A DNA stretch of 63,187 nucleotides, filler included, from Chiloscyllium plagiosum (GCF_004010195.1; 5 parts of one record of this genome joined end to end with filler, not necessarily neighbours in it); one strand, 5' to 3'. Numbered from the whole stretch's first letter, positions 11,414 through 23,532 are shown. The notes: a model not told the origin generated them from the letters alone. Made by a program: numbers and translations.

Positions 11414-11449
11414 ATTCCTGAAGAAGGGCCTGTGCCCGAAACGTCGAAT
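11414..11449 (+). ncRNA. Minimal type-I hammerhead ribozyme motif (PLE family 2)
   Basis: ATTC-CTGAAGA-A-GGGC-CTGT-GCCC-GAA-ACGT-C-GAAT. Core CUGANGA/GAAA, stem II GGGC/GCCC, stem I AUUC/GAAU, palindromic ACGU helix III, predicted cleavage after GUC. Confidence 0.7.
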
Positions 11450-13576
11450 CTCCTGTTCCCTGGATGCTGCCTGACCTGCTGTGCTGTTCCAGCATTAAGT
11501 GGAGTATCAGACTGGAGTCTAAAATGATGGTTAAACAGAATGTGAGGAAATTGAATTAACAATAAGTCAAGATATCTTGTGCAGAAATGCACACAGTGCC
11601 CAAAATTAAACAGGGCAGCCAGAGCCAAACATGCATTGAAAGAAACCACACAATGTAAGGATCACTGAGACATAGTTACAGAAAAATCAAGACCCGGTTT
11701 TACACATTGCCAACTGGAATTTATTTAGAGGACATAGAGATGATTGAATAGCTGAATTTATTAGAGATAACTTAACGGCAGCGGGAAAAGGGTCACAGTT
11801 ACCAGTGAAATAAAAATGGAAACCAAATTGATAGTGATTAAATACAATAAAAGTTCCATCACATTAATTGATGTTGAAGTGGGAGTTGACACGGGGCATA
11901 CTGACATGGGGTACATTGACACAAATGGCTGCTGAGCCTTAAGTTGGTCACTTAGCACACAAGATGGCCGCTGAGCTATTACATGGAAAAGTACAGCAAA
12001 GCATACATAGATACTGCCTGAGGCCAATGGGACACCAGCACAATAGACACAGAACATAGATGATTAGTTTAAGGTGGGTGGGGGAGAGAATACACATCAG
12101 GAATGTCTACTGCCTGCCGAAGTGTCTGAGTCCAGCCATCACCTTCAATATAAAGGTTAACTACCTGAGACTGCTTGTATACAAGTGTTAATACCTTAGA
12201 TTTGCAGTAATGGAAAATGATCTTCCTTCTCAGGAAGAGTGATTACAACAGTTACTGCAGCAATGGACTTCTGCGTAGCTGCTGAAACTGACAATGTTTT
12301 CTGTAAACAAACCATGCTGTACAAACAAAGACTCAATATTTGGACCATTATACCATGAAATGTATAAAATATCGTGACATGTGCTCGGAGGGTGAGAGGA
12401 GGCTCGCAGCTGACAGCCGTGCTGACGGACATCTCTCTTTACCCGGTTTCTTTGTACAACAAACTCTGTTGTTGAATCCCGATTCTGACTTTGAGACTGG
12501 TGACTTTTCCCAGACCAGCTACTAGTGGAAGAAAAGAAGAGGAAGAGATAGCCAAAACATTTTGAATGCAGCCACAGAGGTTGTCAGCTGCAGAGGTGCG
12601 CTATTTAAAATGCCTGTCTCAATATGGTGGGACTTCATCCCAGCTGTAAAAATATTGTAAGGCCCTCCTGTGCATATCATTTGCACCTCCTCATGCCTCT
12701 CACATAAGACTCCCATATCCCATCCATGCCTCCAAACATACCTATGACCCCATTTATCATGGTCAGATCTCATTTCATTCATCCACTAAACACTGTATAG
12801 AACCATTCAGAGAAGATGGATGCGTTAAAAAAAAATTGTAACTTTTGACCAAATAAAATTCACTATATTTAAAGATGACTCCTTTCTAATTCAGCATAAT
12901 AAAGGTGTCAATCATCCAGACTTGTTAAATTTTCAATACCTGAAAACACAAGACACTTATTAAATCTGTGTGAATACACATTATGAAATTGATAGAGATC
13001 ACACATCAGAGCTGTCAATTGTTACGAGATGGTGGTTAAACCCTTCTGCTAATTAAACCAAACACACAGAAAAGCTCACCTCGCATTATAATCCATTAAA
13101 ATTTGAGTGACAGAAAACCACCTAAATTCCATTAGTTGAAGGAAAAAAAATTATTCTTTAACTCTAAAATTAACATTAATCAACAACTATTTACAACTCT
13201 AATTCTCCTTTCTCTTAAAGGTTTGTTACCTACCTCCCACTGTGTAACAATAGACTGATCCAGTTAAGCCCCTATTAAATTTACAGCAACTCAATTTTCA
13301 AAAGCAGACAGTGGCTGTCATCTCCGGTATCAATCATCCTCTGTTTGTAGATCTCCGTGGGTCATCTTCGGTCTTCTGCTGCAAAGACGTTTCATATGAA
13401 AAAGGGCTCTTTGACAGAGAGTGTGTCATTCAATAGCAGTCGGTGCTCTTTCTGGCCAACTGTTCAAAGTGCTTTTTTTTAATATCCCAAACATCGGATC
13501 GTCTCATTGGTTTCATGTTGTCAAAACAGTAACACTCAAATTCAATTGGGTTTTAGTAGCTTAACCAATTTAAACT

Positions 13577-13774
13577 TAAAAATCACACAACACCAGGTTA
13601 TAGTCCAACAGGTTTAATTGGAAGCACACTAGCTTTCGGACAATCACCTGATGAAGGAGCATCGCTCCGAAAGCTAGTGTGCTTCTAATTAAACCTGTTG
13701 GACTATAACCTGGTGTTATGTGATTTTTAACTTTGTACACCCCAGTCCAACACCGGCATCTCCGAATCATGACT
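13577..13774 (+). mobile_element. PLE-derived fold-back mini-element (family 1) with 12-bp TSD
   Basis: Left arm 13577-13640 is the reverse complement of about 13666-13729. TSD CCAATTTAAACT at 13565-13576 and 13775-13786. Confidence 0.9.
13645..13679 (+). ncRNA. Minimal type-I hammerhead ribozyme motif (PLE family 1)
   Basis: CAC-CTGATGA-A-GGAGC-ATC-GCTCC-GAA-AGCT-A-GTG. Intact core, 5-bp stem II, CAC/GUG stem I, palindromic AGCU helix III. Confidence 0.72.
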
Positions 13775-14199
13775 CCAATTTAAACTGATTGGTTAAATTC
13801 AAACTACTGTAAAAACAACTCAAATAGTCATATTTGAGTCAAATGTTATATCTTTCAATTTTATAGTTATAGTCAAATGTTATATCTTTCAATTTTCCAG
13901 CACACTCTGTGACTACCAGTCAGTCACATGACAGGTGCTTGCTGGCTTTCAGATTTCACTCTCTATTAAAGGTACAGTACACACCTTCAATTTCACAGCA
14001 CAATCAAGCGAGAGCTCAGATGTTTCAGCTCTCTAATGGTTGTCTGGGTTCTCAGCCAAGTCTCATTATGTATTCTTGCCTGAGAAAACTCTATGCCCAT
14101 ACCTAGTGTTTCTTCTCACATCCCATAATCATTTTTGATACACAAGCTGCAGATAGTTTCACAATGTTTTCTTTCTTCCCCTTCCTGTGTTTTCTCCTG

Positions 14200-16550
14200 C
14201 AAGCATTTGCCAGGCAACAGTTCAGAAAAAGGTTGAAGAAGAAGAGGGTAACATAATTCAGATTTTGTCATTTTGTGTACTTGGACAGGCTAGTATAGAA
14301 ATGGGATCAACCATGTGATAAGCCAAGCATAAGCAACTTGCTCCAAGCAGGGAGAAAGGAGAGCACAAGTGCCAGCTTTTTGGAGTGTGAAGTTGGCAAT
14401 GGGTTCTTCTGCAGAGAGCTTGTTTAAGAATTTTGGTGGAATAGCTTAAAGGATAAAGCATGTGCATCTGAAATGCTTGATGCATTCACTGGCCAGCAGA
14501 AAACAGTGACAGTGGCAGCAAACCCTAACTTGGGGATTCCGTCATGATCTTCCTCTAATGGCCAACATCTCAACTTCAATTACCGCGCAAGCAAAATCAA
14601 CCAGTGGCTGCAGTGGATGCTCAGGCTGAAGTTTGTATAAACTTGCTGCCCTGTACAGGCAAATTACTGACATGGCTGGGAATACTGGCTTTCAAAGATT
14701 TCGGAAGGGTCTCTTGGGAATTCATGCTTCATTGCTCCAGCAGGCTACTAGAATGCTGAGGGATTGCCCAGGGGGTTTGGCAGTGGCACAGTGGAGCATC
14801 AATCTGCTGCCCTTTCTCAGGATGTCAGCATTCATCCCCTCACCACTGTTACCCAGCCAGTGCCCCACTACTGCCTGTCAGCCAGTCAACCAGCCTACTG
14901 TCACACATGCTGAAGTCAGGCGGTCCACAGCTAGGCCTTCTCAAGCCACAGAATGGAGTAGAAATGAAGGCGTGCAAAGGTTCATTGAAGCCAAGCAAGA
15001 AAGGAAAGCATGAAAGAGATGACTTGATTTATGCATGTGATAGAAGATTTTTTTTGGATGAAGTTTGTTCAGGATAGTTGTTTTGCAGTTGCTTTTAGTC
15101 TAGCATTGTGGCCAAGAGGACACAGTGATGGTAGCAATAAAAATTAGGTAAGCTGTGGGACTGTTATTTAATGGTGTTATGTTCATTGTTACTGTGCCAT
15201 CATATATGGCTTAGCCAGATGTGTTGGTTGCCACCTCCAATCCTCCCTATTCTTCCAACACTTCCGCCACTTGCTGGCAAGAGCTGTGCCCCTGTGATGA
15301 CTGTGGTGTAACAAATAAATTGTGACAGGCATTCTGAAGAGCACTTCCAGAGCAACACACACAGTGAAAGGAGTGTTTAACTATTACAATGGTTCACTTG
15401 ATCACATTTTGCATGACTCATTACTTTTTAAATCTGTTCTGGTGATTGTGTGTTATAGGCACAAGCACAATGCTGATAAGTTCCAGTGTCATGAATTAAT
15501 AAAGGAAAACTGTTGAATTTTATTTATACGGATTAGGTGTAATTCCTATCTCTAACCCCTGCTCTCTCCCATGCCTCTGTAAAACTGGGTGATATGTTGA
15601 TAGGTCAACAAAAGGTGTCATGATGTCAGTTTTCAAAAAAAGGAAGGTGAAAGAGAATCAAAGCCAGAAGCCTACTTGCTTTCTATAAATTGACCAATTC
15701 ATTGCTGAACAGTCAAGAAGGAAATTGTCTGCAACTTTTCAAGGGCTGTATCACTTTACTGAATGTGTATAGATCAAATATGGACAGTGACATGTGACAA
15801 CAAGTCATGGGCAGAAATGAATGCTACAAAAGTACAGAAAAAGGTACATTCTGAGAAAATAGCCGTAGCAGCTGAAACTTTGGAGGTGAGATTCCAGCAG
15901 CCTGAGCCAATTTTCATGTGCAATGCAATATTCTCTTGATATATGATATGCACAATCTTGGTCTGCTGCAGAGTATGAACTTGGAGGGCCAGGACATGGA
16001 ATGTTGCCATGAAACATCAGAGGAAGAGCCCACCAGCAAGTCTGAGGAGGCCCATAGGGAGCCATAGCTCGATGAGGAAGAATAGACAAGGTAGCATGTT
16101 CCTGGTAGTCCTAAGACGAGGAAGTCTCTGACCCCAAGGCACTTCCTTGAAGACCTCAGTTGTTCAGGAAGTCTATTCATGTGGTTTACAGCCCAAGACT
16201 GAATAACAAAGCTTTCCTTTCATTCTTAAGCATCAAAGAAGCATCTGGTGGAAAACAGCAAGTTAATGAAGAATAGCTGAATGACAGAAAACTCAAAGTA
16301 CCAACATTATATCACCTGTGCTGGCATGATTGTCTCTAGTTTTCTCATTTTTGTTTTTGTGCTGTGCCATGGTGCTTCCCCATCACTGTCAGTTCTGCTT
16401 GTGATGGGCTGATATCCCACTGTCCTGGATGAACATGTTGGTCAGCTCTGGTTGTGTGAGGCCATAAGAGCTCAAACATTGTGAGGGACTCCTGCACAGT
16501 GGAGACTAGAGCCTCCCACTGTTGCTGCAGCATCAGTGTCACCACTGAGA
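14200..16550. mobile_element. Decayed PIF/Harbinger DNA transposon remnants
   Basis: Across frameshifts, 15860-16000 (+) reads TLEVRFQQ/LSQFSCAMQYSL/ICTILVCCRV. This resembles the Harbinger transposase C-terminus LLKMRFRCL..SGGALQYSP..IIVACCVLHNL and is followed by an acidic tail. Flanking low-complexity frames resemble the accessory Myb/SANT gene tail. Confidence 0.45.
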
Positions 16551-16560
16551 ACCCACAGAA

Positions 16561-16810
16561 TAGAGTCATAGAGATGTACAGCATGGAAACGGACCCTTCG
16601 GTCCAACCCGTCCATGGCGACCAGATATCCCAAGCCAATCTAGTCCCACCTGCCAGCACCTGGCCTAACAAACTTGATTGAGTTTTTTGAAGAAGTAACA
16701 AAAAGGATTGATGAGGGCAGAGTGGTAGATGTGATCTATATGGTCTTCAGTAAGGCGTTCAACAAGGGTCCCCATGGGAGACTGATTAGCAAGGTTAGAT
16801 CTCACAGAAA
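16561..16810. mobile_element. Short CR1 insertion: 3' tail on the minus strand joined to an RT fragment on the plus strand
   Basis: 16561-16665 is the reverse complement of the CR1 3' end seen at 25770-25860. 16666-16805 encodes TNLIEFFEEVTKRIDEGRVVDVIYMVFSKAFNK. Confidence 0.85.
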
Positions 16811-17263
16811 AATAGATGTAGATGAAAAAAACATATCACTTATTCTTCAATTTTAGATTCATTTGGACCTCCTTGCTCATAGTAGATGAAATGCAGCCTA
16901 ATTGGGTGCCATGTGCATCCCTTGCACTGACAGTACATTATTAAGGTCATTGACACTATCCAATGTGCCTTGTATCTTTCAGACAGTATTGTAATCAAGT
17001 AAAATTTTGATTATGTGATTATAAGTGACCTTAATCAATCATGAACTATTGTTTTCAAATTTTAGTTTCTCGACTATTCCCATAGTATATTGCAAGATAC
17101 CAATAATTCATCACCTCCCTCAATGAGCATAAAGAAAGATTAAAAGCATTTGACCATATTGCTGGATTGCCACCGGTTCAAGGGTTTGTAGACTATACTT
17201 ATTATAGATGAGGAAGAGCTGTTGTGGCATCGTGATGCTGTGCCTACTGCTGGACTCAGAAGG

Positions 17264-18424
17264 AGAAAGTGAGGACTGCAGATGCTGGAGAACCGGGTTC
17301 AAAGAGTGTGGTGCTGGAAAAGCACAGTCGGTCAGGCAGCATCTGAAGAGCAGGAGAGTCAATGTTTCAGGCATAAGCACTTCATCAGGAATGAGGCTTA
17401 TGGGCTAAGTGGGCTGGGAGATAAATGGGAGGGGGTGGGGCTGGGGGGAAGGTAGTTGGGAAAGTGATAGATAGATGAAGAAGATGGGGCTGAAAGTGAT
17501 AGGTTGGAGAGGAGGGTGGAAAGGAAGATGGACAGGTAGGACCATTCAAGAGGGTGGTGCCGATTTGGAAGGTTGGAACTGGGGTAAGGTAGCGGGAGGG
17601 GAAATGGGGAAACTGATTAAATCCACATTGATCCCATGTGGTTGGAGAGTCCGAAGGGGGAAGATGAGGCATTCTTCCTCCAGGCATGGGGTCGTTGGGG
17701 TTTGGCGATGGAGGAGGCCCAGAATCTGCATGTCCTAGGTGGAGTGGGAGGAGGAGTTAAAGTGTTCAACCATTGGGCGGTGGGGTTGGTTGGTGCAGGT
17801 GTCCCAGAGATGTTCTCTGAAACAATCCGCAAATTGGCGTCCTGTCTCCCCAATGTAGAGGAGACCATATCGGGTGCAATGGATATAGTAGATGATGTGT
17901 GTGGAACTGCAGATAAATTTCTGACAGGATGTGGAAGGATTCTTTGGTGCCTTGGACAGAGGTGAGGTGGGAGGTGTGGGCACAGGTTTTGCACTTCTTG
18001 CAATGGCAGAGGAAGGTGTCGGGAGGGGACGGTTGGTTGGTGGGTGGCATGGGCCTAACAAGAGAGTCGTGGAGGGAATGGTCTCTCCAAAACGCAGTTA
18101 GAGGTGGGGAGGGAAATATATCTCTGGGGATGGGGTCTGTTTGTAGGTGGCGGATACAGCAGAGGATGATGCGGTGTATTCGAAGGTTGATGGGGTGGAA
18201 GGCGAGGACCAGGGGGATTCTGTCTTTGTTATAATTGGAGGGGTGGGGTTCAAGGGCAGAAGTGTGGGAAGTGGAGGATATGTGCTGGAGGGCATCGTTG
18301 ACCACATGAGAGGGGAAATTGCGGTCTTTGAAGAAGGAGGCCACCTGGAATGTTCTACAATGTAATTGGTCCTCCTAGGAGCAGATGCAGCTGGGGCTGA
18401 TGAATTGGGAATAAGGTATAGTGT
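17264..18424 (-). mobile_element. 5'-truncated PLE with GIY-YIG endonuclease and 13-bp TSD
   Basis: Frameshifted ORF ...PLVLAFHP...CHCKKCKTC.../HIIYYIHCTRYGLLYIGETGRQFADCFREH...VEHFN/...EEECLIF.LRTLQPHGIN. TSD TGGACTCAGAAGG at 17251-17263 and 18425-18437. Confidence 0.92.
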
Positions 18425-18624
18425 TGGACTCAGAAGGCCTTGGTAGTTTTAACCTTGGCAATGCCCAGTCTGGTCTAGCATCAAGCAGGGGGTGAATGGA
18501 CTTGGTCAAGTCTTGGACTTTTGAAATCTCCATCTTGACTCCGTTGATTTCACTTTTGTGAGGTTTGGGGTTGGATTGTCAAGAATAAATTGTGAGTAGT
18601 CTTGGCCATATCACTGTAATTGGA

Positions 18625-19315
18625 ATCTTAGTAACCTGTATCTCAGTATGGTCCGCGACAACATTGTCTTTTTCCAGTGTGAATACTGATGAAAAATATT
18701 CACTTAGCGCTTTCCCTATCTCCTCGGACCCCATGCACATCTTCCCACTAATGTCCTTGACTGGCCCTAATCTTACTCGAGTCATTCTTTTATTCCTGAC
18801 ATACCTATAGAAAGCTTTAGGGTTTTCCTTGATCCTACCTGCCAAAGACTTCTCATGTCCTCTCCTGGCTCTTCTTAGCTCGCTCGTTAGGTCTTGCCTG
18901 GCTAACTTGTAAATCTCAACTGCCCTAACTGAGCCATCACATCTCATCTCACACTAGCCTTCTTCGTCCTCTTGAGAAGAGGTTCAACGTTTTTAGTAAA
19001 CCACGGCTCCCTGGCTCTACCACTTCCTCCTTGCCTGACAGGTACATACTTATCAAGGACCCGCAGTAGCTATTCCTTCAATATGCTCCACATTTAAATT
19101 GTGCCCATCCCCTGCATTCCCCATCCTATGCATTCTAAATCTGGTTTAATTACATCATATTTGCATTTCCTCCAGCTATAATCCTTGCCTTGCAGTACAT
19201 ACCTATCCCTTTCCATCGCTAAGGTAAATGTAACCGAATTGTGGTCACTATCACCAAAGTGCTCACCTAGCTCCAAATCCAACACCTAACCTGGTTCAAT
19301 ACCTAGTACCAAATG
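18625..19315 (-). mobile_element. CR1 ORF2 internal fragment
   Basis: GEHFGDSDHNSVTF...ELRRARRGHEKSLAGRIKENPKAFYRYVRNKR...LSEYFSSVFT. Confidence 0.88.
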
Positions 19316-21339
19316 GGCACATATCTTCTGTCTTCTGGTGGCCTCCATTCAAGAGGTGCTTGATCTGGATGGATCTCACCCCATTATACTCCCAGCTGTG
19401 GTCTACGTAGTGGCACAATCCATTACTGGAGGATGAATGGTTCAGCAATTCGTTCCGTCGGTTCTGGAGAAGGAAGCAGGGAGAGTTTCCCCTCCTTGAG
19501 GCTATAATTGGTGAGGGACAAGCCTGCGAAATTTTGCATCCTCATTCAGATTTAGAATCTGCTCAGTGTATTCGAGGTAATCAGATGTGGGACCAGGTTT
19601 GTAGTTAACATCAAAGTCATATTCCTTTACTTTGATTCAAAGTTGTTGTACTCTATGTGGTGTGTTTGTCAGTGGTTTGTGCGAAAGTTTTGCCAACAGT
19701 TTGTGGCTAGTTTTCATAGCAAACTGCTAACCAAACAGGGACATGTTTTGATACTGAATACCACACTCAGTGTTTCATATTCAATGTTGGAATAATTTTA
19801 TGAAACTTAATGCAACTGGACTGCTATCTTGCATGATGCAACTCCTAACCCTTTATGAGATATATTTATATTCAAGATTGTCTCTTTCCTCACTATGTAG
19901 TACTGTAGGATATATGCTTCTGCTGATGACACTCATTTGAGTGACTTGATTATGTGTTGATCATGCACTACATGAGGCATCTTAAGGGGTCTCTTAAAAA
20001 TAACAGTTTCACAGAAAGTTTGGTATGTTTGGCGTATGAATTAAAACAGTTCAAGACATTACTGCAGGTCTCTTTTCTCTTGTGGAGTAGGCATGTATCA
20101 TACATTTTTGACTTTGCCTGGTTGAAGATGGATCCCTCAAACTGAGATAGACAAAAATTTGATTCTGACCTACATTCTTCTGGTATATCTTGGTGCTGAA
20201 GACAAGACCTTCACAATGAGCTGCCATCTTCCATGCATGTAGATTTTAGTTCTGCTCTTGTTGTCTTGCACATCACTACATCATCAGCAGCAATACATAC
20301 TCATACAAGAATACTGTCTGCAAGGCCACATCTATTGCCAATGTCAGCACAAGGTGGTGCAGCTAAAGGTATGCCCCAAAAGTGGTGAGTCATACAGGGA
20401 ATATGATTAGCAGTGAGGGGAGAGAGGCAAGAATGTGGCTGTAGTCAGAAGCCAGCAGCGATGGGGGTGGGAGAAGTCGCCAGCAGTAAACAGAGAGGGC
20501 AGCAACTAGAGGCCAGAATTCAGCAGTGAGGGGGGGGGAGGGACACCAACTAACAAGACTGCCAGGTGGGATGCTAGAGGGCTCTGATGTGGGGTGATGT
20601 CTTTGCCATCATCTGTGCATGCACAGGAAGCAGGTAACCATCTTTACTGATCATCTTATCCTTGCCAATATAGACTCCATTTCAGTAATTCTGACCATAC
20701 GCTCCTGATGTGGATCCTGACTAACTGTTGGACTGAAATAATATGTTCCAAATGGTGTTCTGAAAGTTGTGATTTCTTGAGATTGCTTGCCAAGTGAGCC
20801 AATCAATACCCACGTGTGAAATTCAGCTTGGAAAAGAATTTAGCTCCTGTGAATTTGGGACTCAATTATAAAATAGGAATTTGGTGTGGGTATCTCTTTA
20901 GAGAAAGCTCTAGACATCTTGAGTAAAATCACACCCTAGTTGTGCTATTTTTCTACAGCATGCATGTAATAGAAATGCAAAGTCTGTGTATTGATGTATA
21001 GACAATATCATTACATTTTACATTCCACATCATTTAGCTCACTCTTAAACTTCTTTTGTATATGAACACTGCCATCTGTGAGGATTAATTCACAGAATTA
21101 CATTATTCTCTGAGGTGCAATACAACAATTGCCTTTGGAGTTTCTTATGCCATTGAGTCAGCCTGGGTAGTCTTGTTGTAACTTACGAAAAAATGCATTG
21201 TGATTAAACTTGACCTGTTCTGCTGCGATTGGAACCTTAGTGATTTCATAAATGTCACATTGTTGAGTTCCATACACACCGATTGTCCTCCAATTGCTGG
21301 TCTTTTCTCATCTACCTGGCAAAAATTTTTGTGGTTTCA

Positions 21340-21548
21340 GAGTCATAGAGACGTACAGCCTTCGGTCCAACCCATTCATGCCGACCAGTTATTCCGACTG
21401 AATCTAATCCCACCTGCCAGCACCCGGCCCATATCCCTCCAAACCCTTCCTATTCATATACCCATCCAAATGCCTCTTAAATATTGCAATTGCACCAGCC
21501 TCCACCACTTCCTCTGGCAGCTCATTCCATACACGTACCACCCTCTAA
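21340..21548 (-). mobile_element. CR1 3' end fragment
   Basis: Reverse complement of the 3' end of the 23858-25862 element. Confidence 0.85.
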
Positions 21549-22289
21549 GTGAAGCAGAAATGTCACAGGTGCATTTAATCATCAATGCAGAAGTGCAAGG
21601 GATGGGTGAATTGTTCTGTTGTAGGTTATATTATTGAATTTAAATTATCTACATTATATCCTTCAGAATTCTGACTGCTAGGATGTTTTCTTAGGGCATA
21701 TCATGTTCATAGTGGCAAAAGTTTCTGACTGACTTCATCCACCCAATGTGTCAAATTCACAATGTGAAAGGCCTATTCACATACTGGTTGAAGGGTCTTC
21801 TATGCTGAATCTTAATGCTGGATTCTCTTGCTACCAATCTCAATATGTGCCTTCTTTTATGCAGGGGTCTGACATATTTCCCGCTTTTCTGCCAGCATCT
21901 AGCACATCCTATTGGTTTGGTTTTACCTTTGGAACTAATTGTCTTGTGGAAGCAAGCCCAGTGACCCTTCCACTGCATGACTTGCAAAGAGCTTTGAACA
22001 GAGGACAACTTTGTGATGGGTGCAAATGATTACACTTCTTTCACTGCTTCTTTGATTTTGGTTTCCTGGCTACCGTGTCATTACTAGTAATTGCAGCTGA
22101 AGCTTGCAGGTCTTGGTGTCCAGATAAAAGATCGCAGAAAATCTGAAACAATGCTATGAGTGTGTCAATGTCCTGGTATTACTTTTGCTCCAAGAATCTT
22201 TTTGTACTGCTTTGATAAGTGTTGAATCTGTGACTAGTTTCATTATCCAGTCCAAAAGTTTTGCCTCTGAGAAATCATTTTTTAAAAAA

Positions 22290-23290
22290 ATGCACTCATG
22301 GGATTGAGGTGTTGCTGGCTAATCCAATGGATAATTCACAGGCTAATTTGTTGCCCATCCCTAGTTGCCCTTCAAAAGATGGTGGGGAGCTGCCTCCTTG
22401 AACTGTGACAGTCCTCAGGCTGTTGGAGAGGGAATTCCAGGTTTTTGACCCATCAATGATGAAGGAATGGCAATATAGTTCTGTCAGGATGGTGTGTGGC
22501 TTGGATGGGAACCCGCAGATTGAATGTTCCCATTCATCTGCTGCCTTTCCCCTTCTTGGTTGTAATGCTCAAGGGTTTGTGTGTTGTTAAAGGAGCCCTG
22601 TTGAGCTGCTACAGTACATTGTGTAAACGGTACACAGTACTCCCACTATGCTATAGTGGTCAGAGGACTGAGTGTTAAGGTAGATGGGATGCCAACGAGA
22701 AGGTGTCAAGCTTCTTGATTGTTGTTGGAGCTGCACTCATACAGGTAGGTGGAGTAAAGTAACTGATGGACAGGCAATTGGGAGGCAGGAAGTTACACAT
22801 TGCAAAATTACCAGTATCTGACCTGTTCTTGTAGCCACAGTTTTTACATGGTCTGACCATTTCAGTTTCTGCTCAATGGTAACCATCCTGATGTTGATAG
22901 AATTCAGCAATGGTAACATCATTGAAGAACAAGGGCAATCACCTGATTCTACCTTGTTGGCAATAATCATTGCCGTATCGTGTGAATCTTACCTCACACT
23001 TATCAGCCCAAATCTGGATGTTGTGCAGGTCTGCCTGCAAATGGACATGGTCTGCTTTAGTAGCTGAGAAGTTGTGAACGGAGCTGAATATTGTGCAATT
23101 AGCATCAAACATCTCCCTTTCTGACTTTATGCCTTGGAGAGATTGTTCAGACCAGAACACTACCCTGAAGAATTCGTGAAGTCAAATCTTGGGTCTGAGT
23201 TAAGTGATCTCTAACAATCAAGACCTTTGTGGTAGGTATGACTTTAATCAGCAGAGTTTTCTCCCAAATATCACTGATCACGGTTTTGAT
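22290..23290 (-). mobile_element. Old CR1/L2-like LINE 3' portion
   Basis: QGSVL, MFDANCTIFSSVHN...LQADLHNIQIWADK and VTIEQKLKWSDHVKTV. The 3' end resembles 9240-9610. Confidence 0.65.
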
Positions 23291-23307
23291 ACTCATTGCA
23301 ATGTGGT

Positions 23308-23532
23308 CATGATTTGGAGATGCCGCTGTTGGACTGAGGTGTACAAAATTAAAAATCACACAACACCGGGTTAGAGTCCAACAGGTTTAATTGGAAGCAC
23401 ACTAGCTTTCGGAGCGCAGTTCCTTCATCAGGTGGTTGCGGACAACTATCTGATGAAAGAGTGACACTCTGAAAGCTAGTGTGCTTCCAATTAAACCTGT
23501 TGGACTCTAACCCAGTGTTGTGTGATTTTTAA
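23308..23532 (-). mobile_element. PLE-derived fold-back mini-element (family 1), hammerhead motif in both arms
   Basis: Inverted arms about 23349-23438 and 23443-23532. Minus-strand cacctgatgaaggaactgcgctccgaaagctagtg at 23400-23434. Degenerate TSD cattgcaatgtggt (23294-23307) and cattgcgatgtagt (23533-23546). Confidence 0.85.

Larger units (their letters stand above)
10931..11495. mobile_element. Two family-2 PLE termini in opposite orientation either side of an assembly gap
   Basis: 10931-11130 on the minus strand and 11231-11495 on the plus strand. Both carry the ctga.gaaggg...gcccga motif and the gatgctgcctga..tgctgtgct tail. Confidence 0.75.
13020..13997. mobile_element. Possible solo LTR (about 780 bp without the nested insertion)
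   Basis: Begins TGTTACG and ends TTCACA. Non-coding, and hosts the 13577-13774 insertion. No TSD found. Confidence 0.3.
17100..22270 (-). mobile_element. Fossil Gypsy/Ty3 LTR retrotransposon internal region, interrupted by PLE and CR1 insertions
   Basis: In correct order on the minus strand: gag knuckle CPLFKALCKSC/KGHWAC (about 22000-21950), pol QDYP...VVLHLRE...KFKSELND (about 21180-21020), RT VCIAADDVV...EGLVFS (about 20300-20200), RNase H SHKGLG..MQDSSPVA and LFG*QFAMKTSHKLL...HKPLTNTPHRVQQL*IKVKEYDFDVNYKPG (about 19870-19590). The left boundary is uncertain. Confidence 0.72.

Noticed and set aside
14633..15013. 126-aa ORF as a host gene
   Set aside because: Non-ATG start, no recognisable domain, and it lies among decayed Harbinger-like remnants.
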